DNA from: Desulfomicrobium sp.
GTDB taxonomy: Bacteria; Desulfobacterota; Desulfovibrionia; Desulfovibrionales; Desulfomicrobiaceae
DNA: 64,000 nt
NCBI GenBank assembly: GCA_040768745.1
Contig: JAXGMI010000001.1
Coordinates: 800,001 to 864,000 of the forward strand
Reading direction: 5' to 3'
Below are positions 40,551-50,043 of this stretch, piece after piece. The notes below the pieces were generated by a model. It was not told the DNA's origin. It worked only from the letters and a program-made list of their open reading frames with translations, and did no database searches. How positions within the stretch are numbered: the first letter of the stretch is position 1; the number at the start of each line of letters is the position of its first letter. A program made the translations under genes and the position numbers.

Positions 40551-42590
40551 ATGACCTCCTCCGCCAACCCAGCTGACAATATTATCGAACTGACGGACAT
40601 CGTGGAAGAAGGAGTGCCGTTGGACCCAGGCTTCGACGACTTTCCCGTGAACACTGCGGTCGACGCCAGAAGCCTGGACCAGGAACTCGATGACCTTCTC
40701 CGCGATGCCGATCTCATCCCCAAAAAAGGAAAAAGCGGCGAAGAAATCATCCTTGATCTGGATTCCATGCTCGCTGAGCCAGTGACAATGCCCCCAGTCA
40801 GGGACAGTGATGCCCTCACCGAACCTGCATCGGCGCAGCTGCAAACGGACATCTCCGACCTGGACGACCTCTTTGAATCCCTGCAGGCCGGTTCCGAACC
40901 AGAATTGGAAACCACGCTGGACACATTCCTGACCGGAGACCGGCCTGAACCCGTGCTCCCTTCCCAGCCGGCCGGCCCCGATTCTTCCCTGTCTGAGACT
41001 ATGCTGGAAAGTGACGGAGAACCCCTGGACTTGACCGATGAACTGTTGGACGACATCCCGGAGGAGATTCAATCCGCCGCGAGCTCCGTGCAGGACGACA
41101 CACTGGCAGAATTGGATGCCCTGGCCGACCTGGCCAGAACGGACATGTCTCTCATGGGTGAGGGCGTGGCGCCTGAAACCGCATCAGGATCGACGACCCT
41201 CCCGGCCGAGGCGGTTCGTCCAGACATGCCGGCAGCGTACGATCATGCCGAACCCAACGGACCGTCTCAAACTGCTGCGGCACTGACAGAGATGGAGGGC
41301 CTCGCACCTGCGGACCTCGGTTTGGAGCTGGCCATCCCGGATATGGTCTCAGACTTCGGTCCAACGGGCTCCGGGGTTTCGGTCCCCGCCCAAGACGAGA
41401 ATCCCATCATAGACAGCCAGCCTGCCGAGACAACCCCAGATGCCGCAAAGCCCGCCCCGATCCTTGAACCTGCGGACCTTGGCTTGGGTCTGGACATCCC
41501 CGACCTTGACTCCGGAGATCCTATGGCGGCGATGCAGGACGCGACCCGGGACCTTCTCGCCGTTGCCCCCTTGGCATTTCAGACAGGCGAACCCCAATTT
41601 CAGGCGCACCAGACCTCTGCCACGTACTCTGCCATGCAGCAGATCGCTGCAACGGGCCTGGACAAAGAGCCTTTCCTTGCTGAGCTTGACCTGCTGAATT
41701 CCCGTCTGGACGCCCTGGAATCATGGAAGGCCCAGGCCGCAACAGACGTTTCCCCGGAACGGATTCTCGCCGCCCTGCCGGACAACACCGCACAGATCCC
41801 CTTCGCCCTGGCCTTGCGTAACGAAATCCAGGAATCCCTGCGGGCGGAACTCGCAACATCGAAATCAGAAATCCAGGCCCTGCACGCTCAGATGCAGAAA
41901 AACGCCGATTTCAGATTGACCGTCCAACCGTCCCTGGCTGAGCTGGATTCGCTGAAGAATGCCGTACACCTTCTGGAAACACGCCTTAGCGAGCCACAAC
42001 CAGAGATCGAGGCCTTGCAGCAGTTCCAGGACGCCACCTCGGAACGGATATCCTCCCTGGAAGCACGACTCCAACACACACCGGCCCTCACCCCGCAGCA
42101 GATCATGGCCGCTCTTCCGGACACCCCGGAGCAGGTGCCCTTCGCCCTGGCCCTGCGCAATGAAATGATGGAAACTATGGAGAAGCGACTCTCGGTGGCA
42201 AGGCCTGAAGAGATTGAGCCCCTGCGCCAAGCCCTGGGCACTGTACAGGGCCAGATTGAAGCCCTCCAGGACGCCCTGACAACCCCCCAAGCCGCGATCC
42301 CTGTCCAGGAGATCGAATCGGAGATAGGGATACTGCGCAAGCTGACCCAACGCCAGGAAGCACGCATTATCGATCTCCAGGAAACCCTCAAGGCCAAGGA
42401 TGAAGAAATTCTGAAGCTGCAGGAGAACGAAGAGCTCTTGCGCCAGAAAGTGGACGAATTGGTGGAGAGAGTCTACGGGGAGGGCCTGAAAGCGGAATTG
42501 CAGGAATACGTGGAGCGGCAGATCCCTGCTGCCGCTGCAAAAATCATCCGCGCGGAAATCGCGGCCCTGTTGCGGGAAATGGGTGCATAG
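40551..42590 (+). CDS. Acidic low-complexity/coiled-coil hypothetical protein (PopZ/RomR-like architecture)
   Basis: Long D/E/P-rich region, internal repeats, coiled coil, C-terminal IPAAAAKIIRAEI helix. Confidence 0.8.
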   Translation: MTSSANPADNIIELTDIVEEGVPLDPGFDDFPVNTAVDARSLDQELDDLLRDADLIPKKGKSGEEIILDLDSMLAEPVTMPPVRDSDALTEPASAQLQTDISDLDDLFESLQAGSEPELETTLDTFLTGDRPEPVLPSQPAGPDSSLSETMLESDGEPLDLTDELLDDIPEEIQSAASSVQDDTLAELDALADLARTDMSLMGEGVAPETASGSTTLPAEAVRPDMPAAYDHAEPNGPSQTAAALTEMEGLAPADLGLELAIPDMVSDFGPTGSGVSVPAQDENPIIDSQPAETTPDAAKPAPILEPADLGLGLDIPDLDSGDPMAAMQDATRDLLAVAPLAFQTGEPQFQAHQTSATYSAMQQIAATGLDKEPFLAELDLLNSRLDALESWKAQAATDVSPERILAALPDNTAQIPFALALRNEIQESLRAELATSKSEIQALHAQMQKNADFRLTVQPSLAELDSLKNAVHLLETRLSEPQPEIEALQQFQDATSERISSLEARLQHTPALTPQQIMAALPDTPEQVPFALALRNEMMETMEKRLSVARPEEIEPLRQALGTVQGQIEALQDALTTPQAAIPVQEIESEIGILRKLTQRQEARIIDLQETLKAKDEEILKLQENEELLRQKVDELVERVYGEGLKAELQEYVERQIPAAAAKIIRAEIAALLREMGA

Positions 42591-42772
42591 TCCCGGCGGA
42601 CCTCCAAGGCGGCCCCTCGACTCGCCGCAGAGGCTGTGCTAGGGCGGAAAAAAACGAAGGGAGGGCTGCACGGTTTTTCTTTCTTTTTTTACCGCCCGGT
42701 TTCCCCAAAGCAGGTCGACACCATTCCCCCCGGGCGGTTTTTTTTGCCCCAAGTCCAACCGGAGAGCCAGCC

Positions 42773-42961
42773 ATGGATCAGATCCAAAAACAAGTCCTGC
42801 AAGTCGCCAAGGAAATCGTCGTCAAATTCATCGAAACAGGACGCATCTCCCCCTCCAACTTTGCCGAATACTTCGAACCGATCTACGATGACATCTATCG
42901 TACCGTGAAAAAGACAGGTTCCGCCTTCCCAGACAAGGAATGCACGATTGAATCCGAGTGA
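42773..42961 (+). CDS. Small hypothetical protein (62 aa)
   Basis: GGAGAG RBS; amphipathic LQVAKEIVVKFIETGRISP.NF; overlaps the ubiE start. Confidence 0.75.
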   Translation: MDQIQKQVLQVAKEIVVKFIETGRISPSNFAEYFEPIYDDIYRTVKKTGSAFPDKECTIESE

Positions 42962-43670
42962 GCACGGGAAGCGGGTTTCCGGCCTTTTCGACAATATCGC
43001 GGGCTGGTACGACTTTCTGAACCATTTTTTGAGTGCCGGGCTGGATCTGTACTGGAGGCGACGCCTGGTCCGCACCGTCCGACCCGGACCGACTGGCACG
43101 ATACTCGACCTGGCCGCCGGCACCCTGGATGTCAGCCGCGAGATTCTGCGCCAGCATCCACGATCTCAAGTCCTGGCTATGGACTTTTCCCGGGCCATGC
43201 TTTGCCGGGGGAAAACGAAAATCTCTCACCAGCCAGCCATCATGCCCATCCAGGCCGACGGCCGCAGCCTCCCCCTGCCGGACGCCTGCGTTGACACCGT
43301 GACCATCGCCTTTGGAATCCGCAACATCCTGCCCAGGGCCGACGCGTACCGTGAAATTTTGCGGGTCCTCGCTCCCCAAGGCCGACTTTGCATCCTGGAA
43401 TTCGGCACTGGACAGGCCAGGATCTGGCAGGGCCTCTACAACTTCTACCTTGGCAAGGTCCTGCCCCTCATAGGCCGCTTTTTCTCCAGGAACCCCTCTG
43501 CCTACCAGTATCTGGCCGATACCATCCGGGCCTTTCCCGACGCCAGGACCCTGGCCAGCGAGCTGCGCGATGCAGGATTTGAAAGCGTAGCCTACCAGGG
43601 CCTCAGTTCCGGGATCGTGTACATCCATGTCGGGCAGAAACAACTTCCCGGCCAGGAAGCCCGGGCCTGA
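42948..43670 (+). CDS. ubiE: Demethylmenaquinone methyltransferase (UbiE/MenG)
   Basis: FD.IA..YD.LN..LS.GLD..WR, LDLAAGT.D, AFGIRN and Y.YL..TI..FP motifs. Confidence 0.93.
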   Translation: MNPSEHGKRVSGLFDNIAGWYDFLNHFLSAGLDLYWRRRLVRTVRPGPTGTILDLAAGTLDVSREILRQHPRSQVLAMDFSRAMLCRGKTKISHQPAIMPIQADGRSLPLPDACVDTVTIAFGIRNILPRADAYREILRVLAPQGRLCILEFGTGQARIWQGLYNFYLGKVLPLIGRFFSRNPSAYQYLADTIRAFPDARTLASELRDAGFESVAYQGLSSGIVYIHVGQKQLPGQEARA

Positions 43671-43719
43671 GCGCGACATCCGGCCACATGAGTTCAATAT
43701 TCAATAAATTGAGGAATCC

Positions 43720-45030
43720 ATGATCACCTTCGCAGACATAGCGTCCGGCAGGAGTCCCGTGGCCGTGGTGGGACTGGGCTATGTGGGCCTGCCCCTGGCC
43801 GTGGCCCTGTCCAACCATTTCCGGGTCATCGGCTTTGACATCTCCCGTCCGCGTATCGACGCCCTCCGCCAGGGGCACGACTCCACCCGCGAGGTGGACC
43901 CGGACATCCTGGCCGCAGCTCGGGTCGAATTCACGGACGATCCCACGGCCCTGGAGCAGGCAAAAATCATCGTTGTGGCCGTACCCACACCCATCGACCT
44001 CAACCGCAAGCCAGACCTGCGGCCCGTGATCGGCGCCACCGAAACGGTCGGGGCCCATCTGTCCACGGACACTGTCGTCGTCTATGAATCCACGGTTTAC
44101 CCCGGGCTGACCGAAGAGATCTGCGTGCCCATCCTGGAAGAGCGCTCCGGCCTGCGCTGCGGACCCGATTTCACGGTGGGCTATTCCCCTGAGCGCATCA
44201 ACCCCGGGGACCGGATCCACACCTTGGAATCCATCACCAAAATTGTATCCGGACAGGACGGGCCCACCGCCGACCTCCTGGCCCGCTTCTACGGGGCCGT
44301 GGTCAAGGCCGGCGTGCACCGGGCCTCCTCCATCAAAGTGGCCGAGGCCGCCAAAGTCATCGAGAACACCCAGCGCGATCTGAACATCGCCCTGATGAAC
44401 GAACTGGCGCAGATCTTCGACCGCATGGGCATTGACACCACGGAAGTTCTGCAAGCCGCCGGTACAAAGTGGAATTTCCTCCCCTTCCGACCGGGACTGG
44501 TGGGCGGGCACTGCATCGGAGTGGACCCCTACTACCTGACCTTCAAAGCTGAGGCCATGGGCTTTCATCCCCAGGTCATCCTGGCCGGCCGGCGCATCAA
44601 CGACGGCATGGGAAAGTTCATCGCCGAAAAAACCATCAAGACTATGATCAACGCCGGGAATCAGATCAAAGGCGCCCGCGTCGGCCTTTTGGGTCTGACC
44701 TTCAAGGAAAACGTTCCGGACTTGCGCAACAGCCGGGTGGTCGACATCATCCATGAGCTGACAGACTACCAGGTCCAGGTTCTGGTTCATGATCCTCTGG
44801 CCGATGCCGCCGAAGCCATGGCGGAATACGGGGTCGAGCTCCAGCCCATGCACGCCCTCAGCAACCTGGACGCCGTGATCCTGGCCGTTGCACATGCCGA
44901 GTTCACGATCCTTGACGGCTCAAGACTCAAGTCCATGTTCCGAAACCCGGAAGCGGGCATCGTCATGGATGTCAAGGGATTGCTGGACAAGGACGCCCTG
45001 AGCCGGCAACTCACCTACTGGCGACTGTAA
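43720..45030 (+). CDS. Nucleotide-sugar (UDP-GlcNAc/GalNAc type) 6-dehydrogenase
   Basis: GLGYVGLP, ESTVYPG, YSPERINPGD, GLVGGHCIGVDP and TFKEN.PDLRNS motifs. Confidence 0.93.
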   Translation: MITFADIASGRSPVAVVGLGYVGLPLAVALSNHFRVIGFDISRPRIDALRQGHDSTREVDPDILAAARVEFTDDPTALEQAKIIVVAVPTPIDLNRKPDLRPVIGATETVGAHLSTDTVVVYESTVYPGLTEEICVPILEERSGLRCGPDFTVGYSPERINPGDRIHTLESITKIVSGQDGPTADLLARFYGAVVKAGVHRASSIKVAEAAKVIENTQRDLNIALMNELAQIFDRMGIDTTEVLQAAGTKWNFLPFRPGLVGGHCIGVDPYYLTFKAEAMGFHPQVILAGRRINDGMGKFIAEKTIKTMINAGNQIKGARVGLLGLTFKENVPDLRNSRVVDIIHELTDYQVQVLVHDPLADAAEAMAEYGVELQPMHALSNLDAVILAVAHAEFTILDGSRLKSMFRNPEAGIVMDVKGLLDKDALSRQLTYWRL

Positions 45031-45047
45031 CCCGAGGAGCCCTGCTC

Positions 45048-45743
45048 GTGATCGTCCTGGCGTGCGCCACTGCGCGGGAGGCCCTGAGGACCATCTCCGA
45101 TCTGGCCCCCACACCCTCTTCCTGGCCGGCGCGAGTCTCCATCCGCAACCGGGATTTCCTGATTTGCGTCGTCGGAATTGGCCCTGTCGCCGCGGCCCTC
45201 TCCATCGGTGCCCTCCTCCAACAACCCAAGCGTATTTCCGGAATTCTCAACCTGGGCATTTGCGGCAGTTTTGAACTGGATGCTATCCCCATGGGCCGGC
45301 CCTGTGTGGCCCAAAGCGAAATCTGGCCCGAATACGGGGTTCATTTTTCCGGATCAGTTCAGGAAGAACCGTTTGCCCATCAGATGCTCCCTGATCTGGT
45401 CCTGACCCCGCCCAACCGGCTTGACCTTGCGCCTGCGGCTGCGGCGGCAGCCATGAACCTGCATCTGCCGGCCGACTGGGCCATGGCGCCGAGCCTGACG
45501 GTGGCCGGGGTCAGCGGTGACGAGCACCGGGCCGCAGAGCTGCGAACCCGCTACGCTGGGGGCACGGAGAACATGGAGGGATTTTCCCTGGCCCTGGCGG
45601 CCCGCCGGCAGGCCCTGCCCTTTCTGGAAATACGCACGGTGTCCAACGCGGTAGGCGTACGGGACAAGGGGTCGTGGGACTTCCGTATGGCTTTGGACGC
45701 CCTCGGCAAGATTCTGCCAACGCTTTTAGGAGACCCTTCATGA
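45048..45743 (+). CDS. mqnB: Futalosine hydrolase
   Basis: GIGPV.AA, NLGICG, ENMEGF and EIRTVSN..G.RD..W; adjacent to mqnD. Confidence 0.88.
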   Translation: MIVLACATAREALRTISDLAPTPSSWPARVSIRNRDFLICVVGIGPVAAALSIGALLQQPKRISGILNLGICGSFELDAIPMGRPCVAQSEIWPEYGVHFSGSVQEEPFAHQMLPDLVLTPPNRLDLAPAAAAAAMNLHLPADWAMAPSLTVAGVSGDEHRAAELRTRYAGGTENMEGFSLALAARRQALPFLEIRTVSNAVGVRDKGSWDFRMALDALGKILPTLLGDPS

Positions 45744-46531
45744 CAACCCTTTCCGTGGCCATCTCGCCCTGCCCCAACGACACGTTCATTTTCGGGGCCT
45801 GGATTCTCGGGCATGCCCCGGCCCCTGCCGGCCTGGACAGCCGATTTTTGTGGCATGACGTGCAGGAACTCAATCAAGGCGCGTTGGACAATGCCTGGGA
45901 TGTGATCAAGGTCAGCGCGGCCACGGCCCTGCGGTTGACAGACACCCACTCCATCTTGTCCTGCGGCGGTGCCTTCGGCCTGGAGCATGGTCCCAAGCTG
46001 GTCACCCGCAAGGGGTTCTCCGGGATGCCACGGACCATCGCGGTGCCGGGATTGGACACCACGGCCATGCTGATCCTGCGCTCGGCCATGGGAGAAGAAT
46101 TCACCCCCGTACCCATGATTTTCCACGCCGTAGTGGAGGCCGTACGCAGCGGTCTGGTGGAAGCCGGCCTGCTCATCCATGAAACGGCCCTGGTCTACGC
46201 CCGTTATGGGCTGCATCTGCACACAGACCTGGGCAGCTGGTGGAAGGACCGCACCGGCGGCCTCCCCCTGCCCTTGGGCTGTATACTGGCCCGCAAGAGC
46301 CTGCCCGATGAGATCCTATCCGCCATCGAGAAAACCATCCGGGCCAGCATCCTGCACGCCCGCAGCCACCCCTCGGACATCATGCCCCTGGTTGCATCCC
46401 TGGCCCGCGAGCTTGACGGCGACACCCTGGCGCAACATATTGAGGCCTACGTGAACGACTACAGCCTGAACATGGGACCTGATGGACAGGCAGCCCTTGA
46501 CACTCTGCAAACATTCCGGACCCAACCATGA
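45740..46531 (+). CDS. mqnD: 1,4-dihydroxy-6-naphthoate synthase
   Basis: SPCPNDTFIF, G.LIHE, DLG.WW...LPLPLG and HI..YVN motifs. Confidence 0.92.
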   Translation: MTTLSVAISPCPNDTFIFGAWILGHAPAPAGLDSRFLWHDVQELNQGALDNAWDVIKVSAATALRLTDTHSILSCGGAFGLEHGPKLVTRKGFSGMPRTIAVPGLDTTAMLILRSAMGEEFTPVPMIFHAVVEAVRSGLVEAGLLIHETALVYARYGLHLHTDLGSWWKDRTGGLPLPLGCILARKSLPDEILSAIEKTIRASILHARSHPSDIMPLVASLARELDGDTLAQHIEAYVNDYSLNMGPDGQAALDTLQTFRTQP

Positions 46532-47508
46532 ATGACGCCATCGCGCAGCTCAAAATCGCCTTCCTCCAGGAACTCCCGGCCATCAACAACGCCATTCAGG
46601 CCGAAATCAACGCCCTGCCGCCCCTGGTCCGCCCTGTGGCAGAACACGTCATGAACGCCGGCGGCAAGCGGCTGCGACCCATGCTGACCATCCTCTTCGC
46701 CAGGGCCCTGGGATTTCGCGGGGATCATCTGCACACCCTGGCCAGCTCTCTGGAATTCCTGCATTCGGCCACCCTCATGCACGACGACATCGTGGACAAT
46801 GCCGATCTGCGCCGTGGACAGGCCGCCGCCCACACCCTCTTCGGGGTCGCGCCCACCATCCTGGCCGGGGATGTGCTCCTGGCCCTGGCCAACGAACTCG
46901 TGGCCCGCACTGGCAACCCTGAATTGACCTCATGCATCGCGCAGGCCATCATGCAGACCGCCAGCGGTGAAATCATGGAAATCGCGGCCCTCCGCAATCC
47001 AAAAATCACGCGCCAGGAGTATATCGATATCATCACCGGCAAAACCGCATACCTCATCCAGTCCGCCTGCGAGTTTGGCGTCATCGCGGCCGGTGCCGGC
47101 GCACGTACCCGCCAGAAGGCCAGAACCTTCGGGCTCAACCTGGGCATTGCCTTCCAACTGGTGGACGACGCCCTGGACTATACATCCCGCTCCGACACTT
47201 CAGGAAAACCGCTGGGCGGAGACTTGCGCGAAGGCAAATTCACCCTGCCCCTGCTGCTGTACCTGGAATCCCTGCCTGCAACCCAACGCGAAACATTGAT
47301 TCTGGAACTGGCCGACGCCAACCTTGATCCGGCGCGTCAGGACCTCATTGTTGCGGCCATTGCCGAACAGGGCTTTGCCGACAGGACCAGGGCCGCCGCC
47401 AGATCCTACCTGGAAAACGCCAGCCAGGCCCTGGCGGTCCTACCCGAAGGTCAGGAGAAAAGGCTGCTTAAGGCCATGATGCATTTCGTGATCACCAGGG
47501 AAAAATAG
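46528..47508 (+). CDS. Long-chain polyprenyl diphosphate synthase (IspB/HepT-like)
   Basis: GGKRLRP, HDDIVD..RRG, FQLVDD.LD and GK..GGDLREGK.TLP motifs. Confidence 0.93.
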   Translation: MNDAIAQLKIAFLQELPAINNAIQAEINALPPLVRPVAEHVMNAGGKRLRPMLTILFARALGFRGDHLHTLASSLEFLHSATLMHDDIVDNADLRRGQAAAHTLFGVAPTILAGDVLLALANELVARTGNPELTSCIAQAIMQTASGEIMEIAALRNPKITRQEYIDIITGKTAYLIQSACEFGVIAAGAGARTRQKARTFGLNLGIAFQLVDDALDYTSRSDTSGKPLGGDLREGKFTLPLLLYLESLPATQRETLILELADANLDPARQDLIVAAIAEQGFADRTRAAARSYLENASQALAVLPEGQEKRLLKAMMHFVITREK

Positions 47509-47510
47509 CC

Positions 47511-50015
47511 ATGCGCCACCAGGACCCCATTTCCCGGGACAAGCTCACGACCTCGCTGCGCTCGAGCCTGAAAGCGACATTCTCGCCCGCCACGGCCCAA
47601 CTCCTTCAGGAAGTGGTCAATCCCGCCCCGGACTTCGGAACCATCGCCTCCATCATCAGACTGGACCCGGCCCTGACCACGGCCATTCTGGCATTGGTCA
47701 ACTCGCCCTACTACGGGCAAGCCGGAAAGATCAGCGACCTGCAACGGGCGGCCATCCTCATCGGGAACAACGAAATCCTGCGCATCGCCCTGTCCCTGTC
47801 CCTGCAAAAAAGTCTGGGCGCCCTCCTCGAAAAAAACGGGTTCAACTCCTTTGCCAACTGGAGGGTCATCATCTGGGCCGCCCTGGGCGCGGAACTGGTG
47901 GCCAAGGCCATTGCCCCCAGGGAGGCAAGCAACGCCTATATATGCACACTGGTCAAGGACATGTCCCTGCTGCTGTACGCAGCCTCGTTCCCCGAGCAGG
48001 CCCTGTCCCGCCTCAGGCAGCCGGATTTCGTCAACACTGGCCCCTTTTCCCTGAACTGGGAGGGACTCCTGCCCGAGGATCATTCGACATTGTCGGCTGA
48101 CCTGCTGACCGAGTGGAAATTTCCTCAGCACATGATCACCGCTGTCCTGGCCCACCACGATCTGGAACATGCGCTCGACCATCCTCCCCTGACCCAGGCG
48201 GTCATCCTGGGCACCAGGTGGGCCGAAGTCGAATTCCAGGCGGACCCGTCCCCGGACAGCCTGGGTCATCTCTCTTGTCTCATGGCCAAGGCAGGAGCCC
48301 TGCCCAAAAACGGATTGGAAGAGCTGCGCCGGCAGGGCATGTCCCTGTTCGCGGAGTTATGCAGCGCCATGAATATCAAGGAGGTCCCTTCCGGGGAACT
48401 TCTTTTCTCCCACTCGCTGCAATCCATCCAGGATTTCTACTTCCAGACCAAGGAAGTGGAAGGACTGACCGGAGGGAGCGCCGCCATCGCCCTCTGCATC
48501 GGCCGCCACCTCCGCTGGAACTGGAATTACAGGCAGGCCGAAATCATCCTCTATTCGCCCTCGAACCGGTGCTGGGAGCGTTTTCTTCTCGACGGGGACG
48601 AACTCGGACCGACAGAACAGGCCATGTCGTTGGAAGGCTTCAACCCCCATGCAGGCTTGTCTTTTCCCCTGCAGATAGAGGGTACGATCCTGGGGGAACT
48701 GCGTCTCGGGGAGCCCCGGGAGGCCAACCCGCCCAAGGCCGACATGTCCCTGTATGCCCGGCTTCTGGCCCGCAGTTACTGGCGCCATCTGAACACCGTC
48801 ACCCCCCTCGAAATCAAGGCAGATCTGCTGGATATCCTGCCCACGGGAGTCGCCCTGTTGGACGGCGAAGGCAGGATCGTACGGGTCAATCCGACCTTCT
48901 CCTCCTTTGTCGGGGGGGGACAGCGCCTCGAAGGCCAGCTGCTGCATGACGTCTTTCCCCAGGATCAGTTCCAGAAAAACAAACAGCATTGGCTTGATTT
49001 TCTGCACGATCCAAAACAACCCACCTGCTGCGCGGTTTACTGTCCTCTCGGACCCAAGACGGATGCGGAGTCGCCCTGCTTCGCCCTGTCCGGGTACAGG
49101 ATTGCATCCGGCAGCTCCACCAGCATCCTGGGTCTGATCCAGGACCTGACCGAAATTCAGGTCCTGGAATTCGAGGCCCTGCACCAGCGGGACTTCCTGG
49201 TTCGCCTGCTGGGCGCCATGCAGGACCTGGTCATGACCCTCGACCAGCAGGGCACCATCACGTTTGCCACGGGCCGGCATGCCCCCCTTCTGACCGGCAG
49301 GAACCTTTTCCAGATCACCATGCCCCTGACCACCCACCTTGGCCCATGGGACATGGACGCCCTGGAGCAGGGAGGCAAAGCCGTAGAGGCCCAGATTCTG
49401 CTCGACGGGGAACACCAGCAGCTGGAAATGATCTTCGCCCGTTTCACCTCCGGCAGCGACTACGGACTGGTGGTTGGCCGGAACATCTCGACCATCCGCA
49501 GATTGGAGCGGAAAATCCGCGAGCAGGCCGTGTTCGACTCCCTGACCCAGGTCTTCAACCGGCACCAACTGACCCCCATTCTGGAGCGTGAAATATCGAG
49601 ATCCAGGAGAACGAACGTCCCCTTGGGGCTCATTTTTTTCGATATCGACGGGTTCAAGAAGTTCAACGACACGTACGGTCATCCTGGCGGGGACAAGGCC
49701 CTCCTGGAGCTGGGGAGGCTTTTGCGCAACGTGCTGCGCAAGGGATTTGACTTCCCGTGCCGGTTCGGCGGTGACGAGTTCGTCATTGTTTCCGGCAATT
49801 CAAGCCGAGCCGCTTTGCTGACCATTGCCGAACGGGTCCAGGCAGAATTCAGACGCATCCATGACTCCCGCATCACCCTCAGCATCGGCATGAGCCTGCT
49901 TGAACCCGAAGATACGGATTCCTCCCTGCTTGAGCGCTGCGACAAAGCCAACTATCAAGCCAAGGCCCGAGGCGGAAACGCCATCGTGCACCTGCAAACC
50001 GAAACGCTTTCGTGA
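47511..50015 (+). CDS. HDOD-PAS-GGDEF diguanylate cyclase
   Basis: N-terminal HDOD (DPALT..IL..VNS), PAS-like segments, DSLT..NR, DID.FK..ND.YGH..GD and RFGGDEF. Confidence 0.92.
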   Translation: MRHQDPISRDKLTTSLRSSLKATFSPATAQLLQEVVNPAPDFGTIASIIRLDPALTTAILALVNSPYYGQAGKISDLQRAAILIGNNEILRIALSLSLQKSLGALLEKNGFNSFANWRVIIWAALGAELVAKAIAPREASNAYICTLVKDMSLLLYAASFPEQALSRLRQPDFVNTGPFSLNWEGLLPEDHSTLSADLLTEWKFPQHMITAVLAHHDLEHALDHPPLTQAVILGTRWAEVEFQADPSPDSLGHLSCLMAKAGALPKNGLEELRRQGMSLFAELCSAMNIKEVPSGELLFSHSLQSIQDFYFQTKEVEGLTGGSAAIALCIGRHLRWNWNYRQAEIILYSPSNRCWERFLLDGDELGPTEQAMSLEGFNPHAGLSFPLQIEGTILGELRLGEPREANPPKADMSLYARLLARSYWRHLNTVTPLEIKADLLDILPTGVALLDGEGRIVRVNPTFSSFVGGGQRLEGQLLHDVFPQDQFQKNKQHWLDFLHDPKQPTCCAVYCPLGPKTDAESPCFALSGYRIASGSSTSILGLIQDLTEIQVLEFEALHQRDFLVRLLGAMQDLVMTLDQQGTITFATGRHAPLLTGRNLFQITMPLTTHLGPWDMDALEQGGKAVEAQILLDGEHQQLEMIFARFTSGSDYGLVVGRNISTIRRLERKIREQAVFDSLTQVFNRHQLTPILEREISRSRRTNVPLGLIFFDIDGFKKFNDTYGHPGGDKALLELGRLLRNVLRKGFDFPCRFGGDEFVIVSGNSSRAALLTIAERVQAEFRRIHDSRITLSIGMSLLEPEDTDSSLLERCDKANYQAKARGGNAIVHLQTETLS

Positions 50016-50043
50016 AGCGTCAACTCATTCCATGGAGAACATC

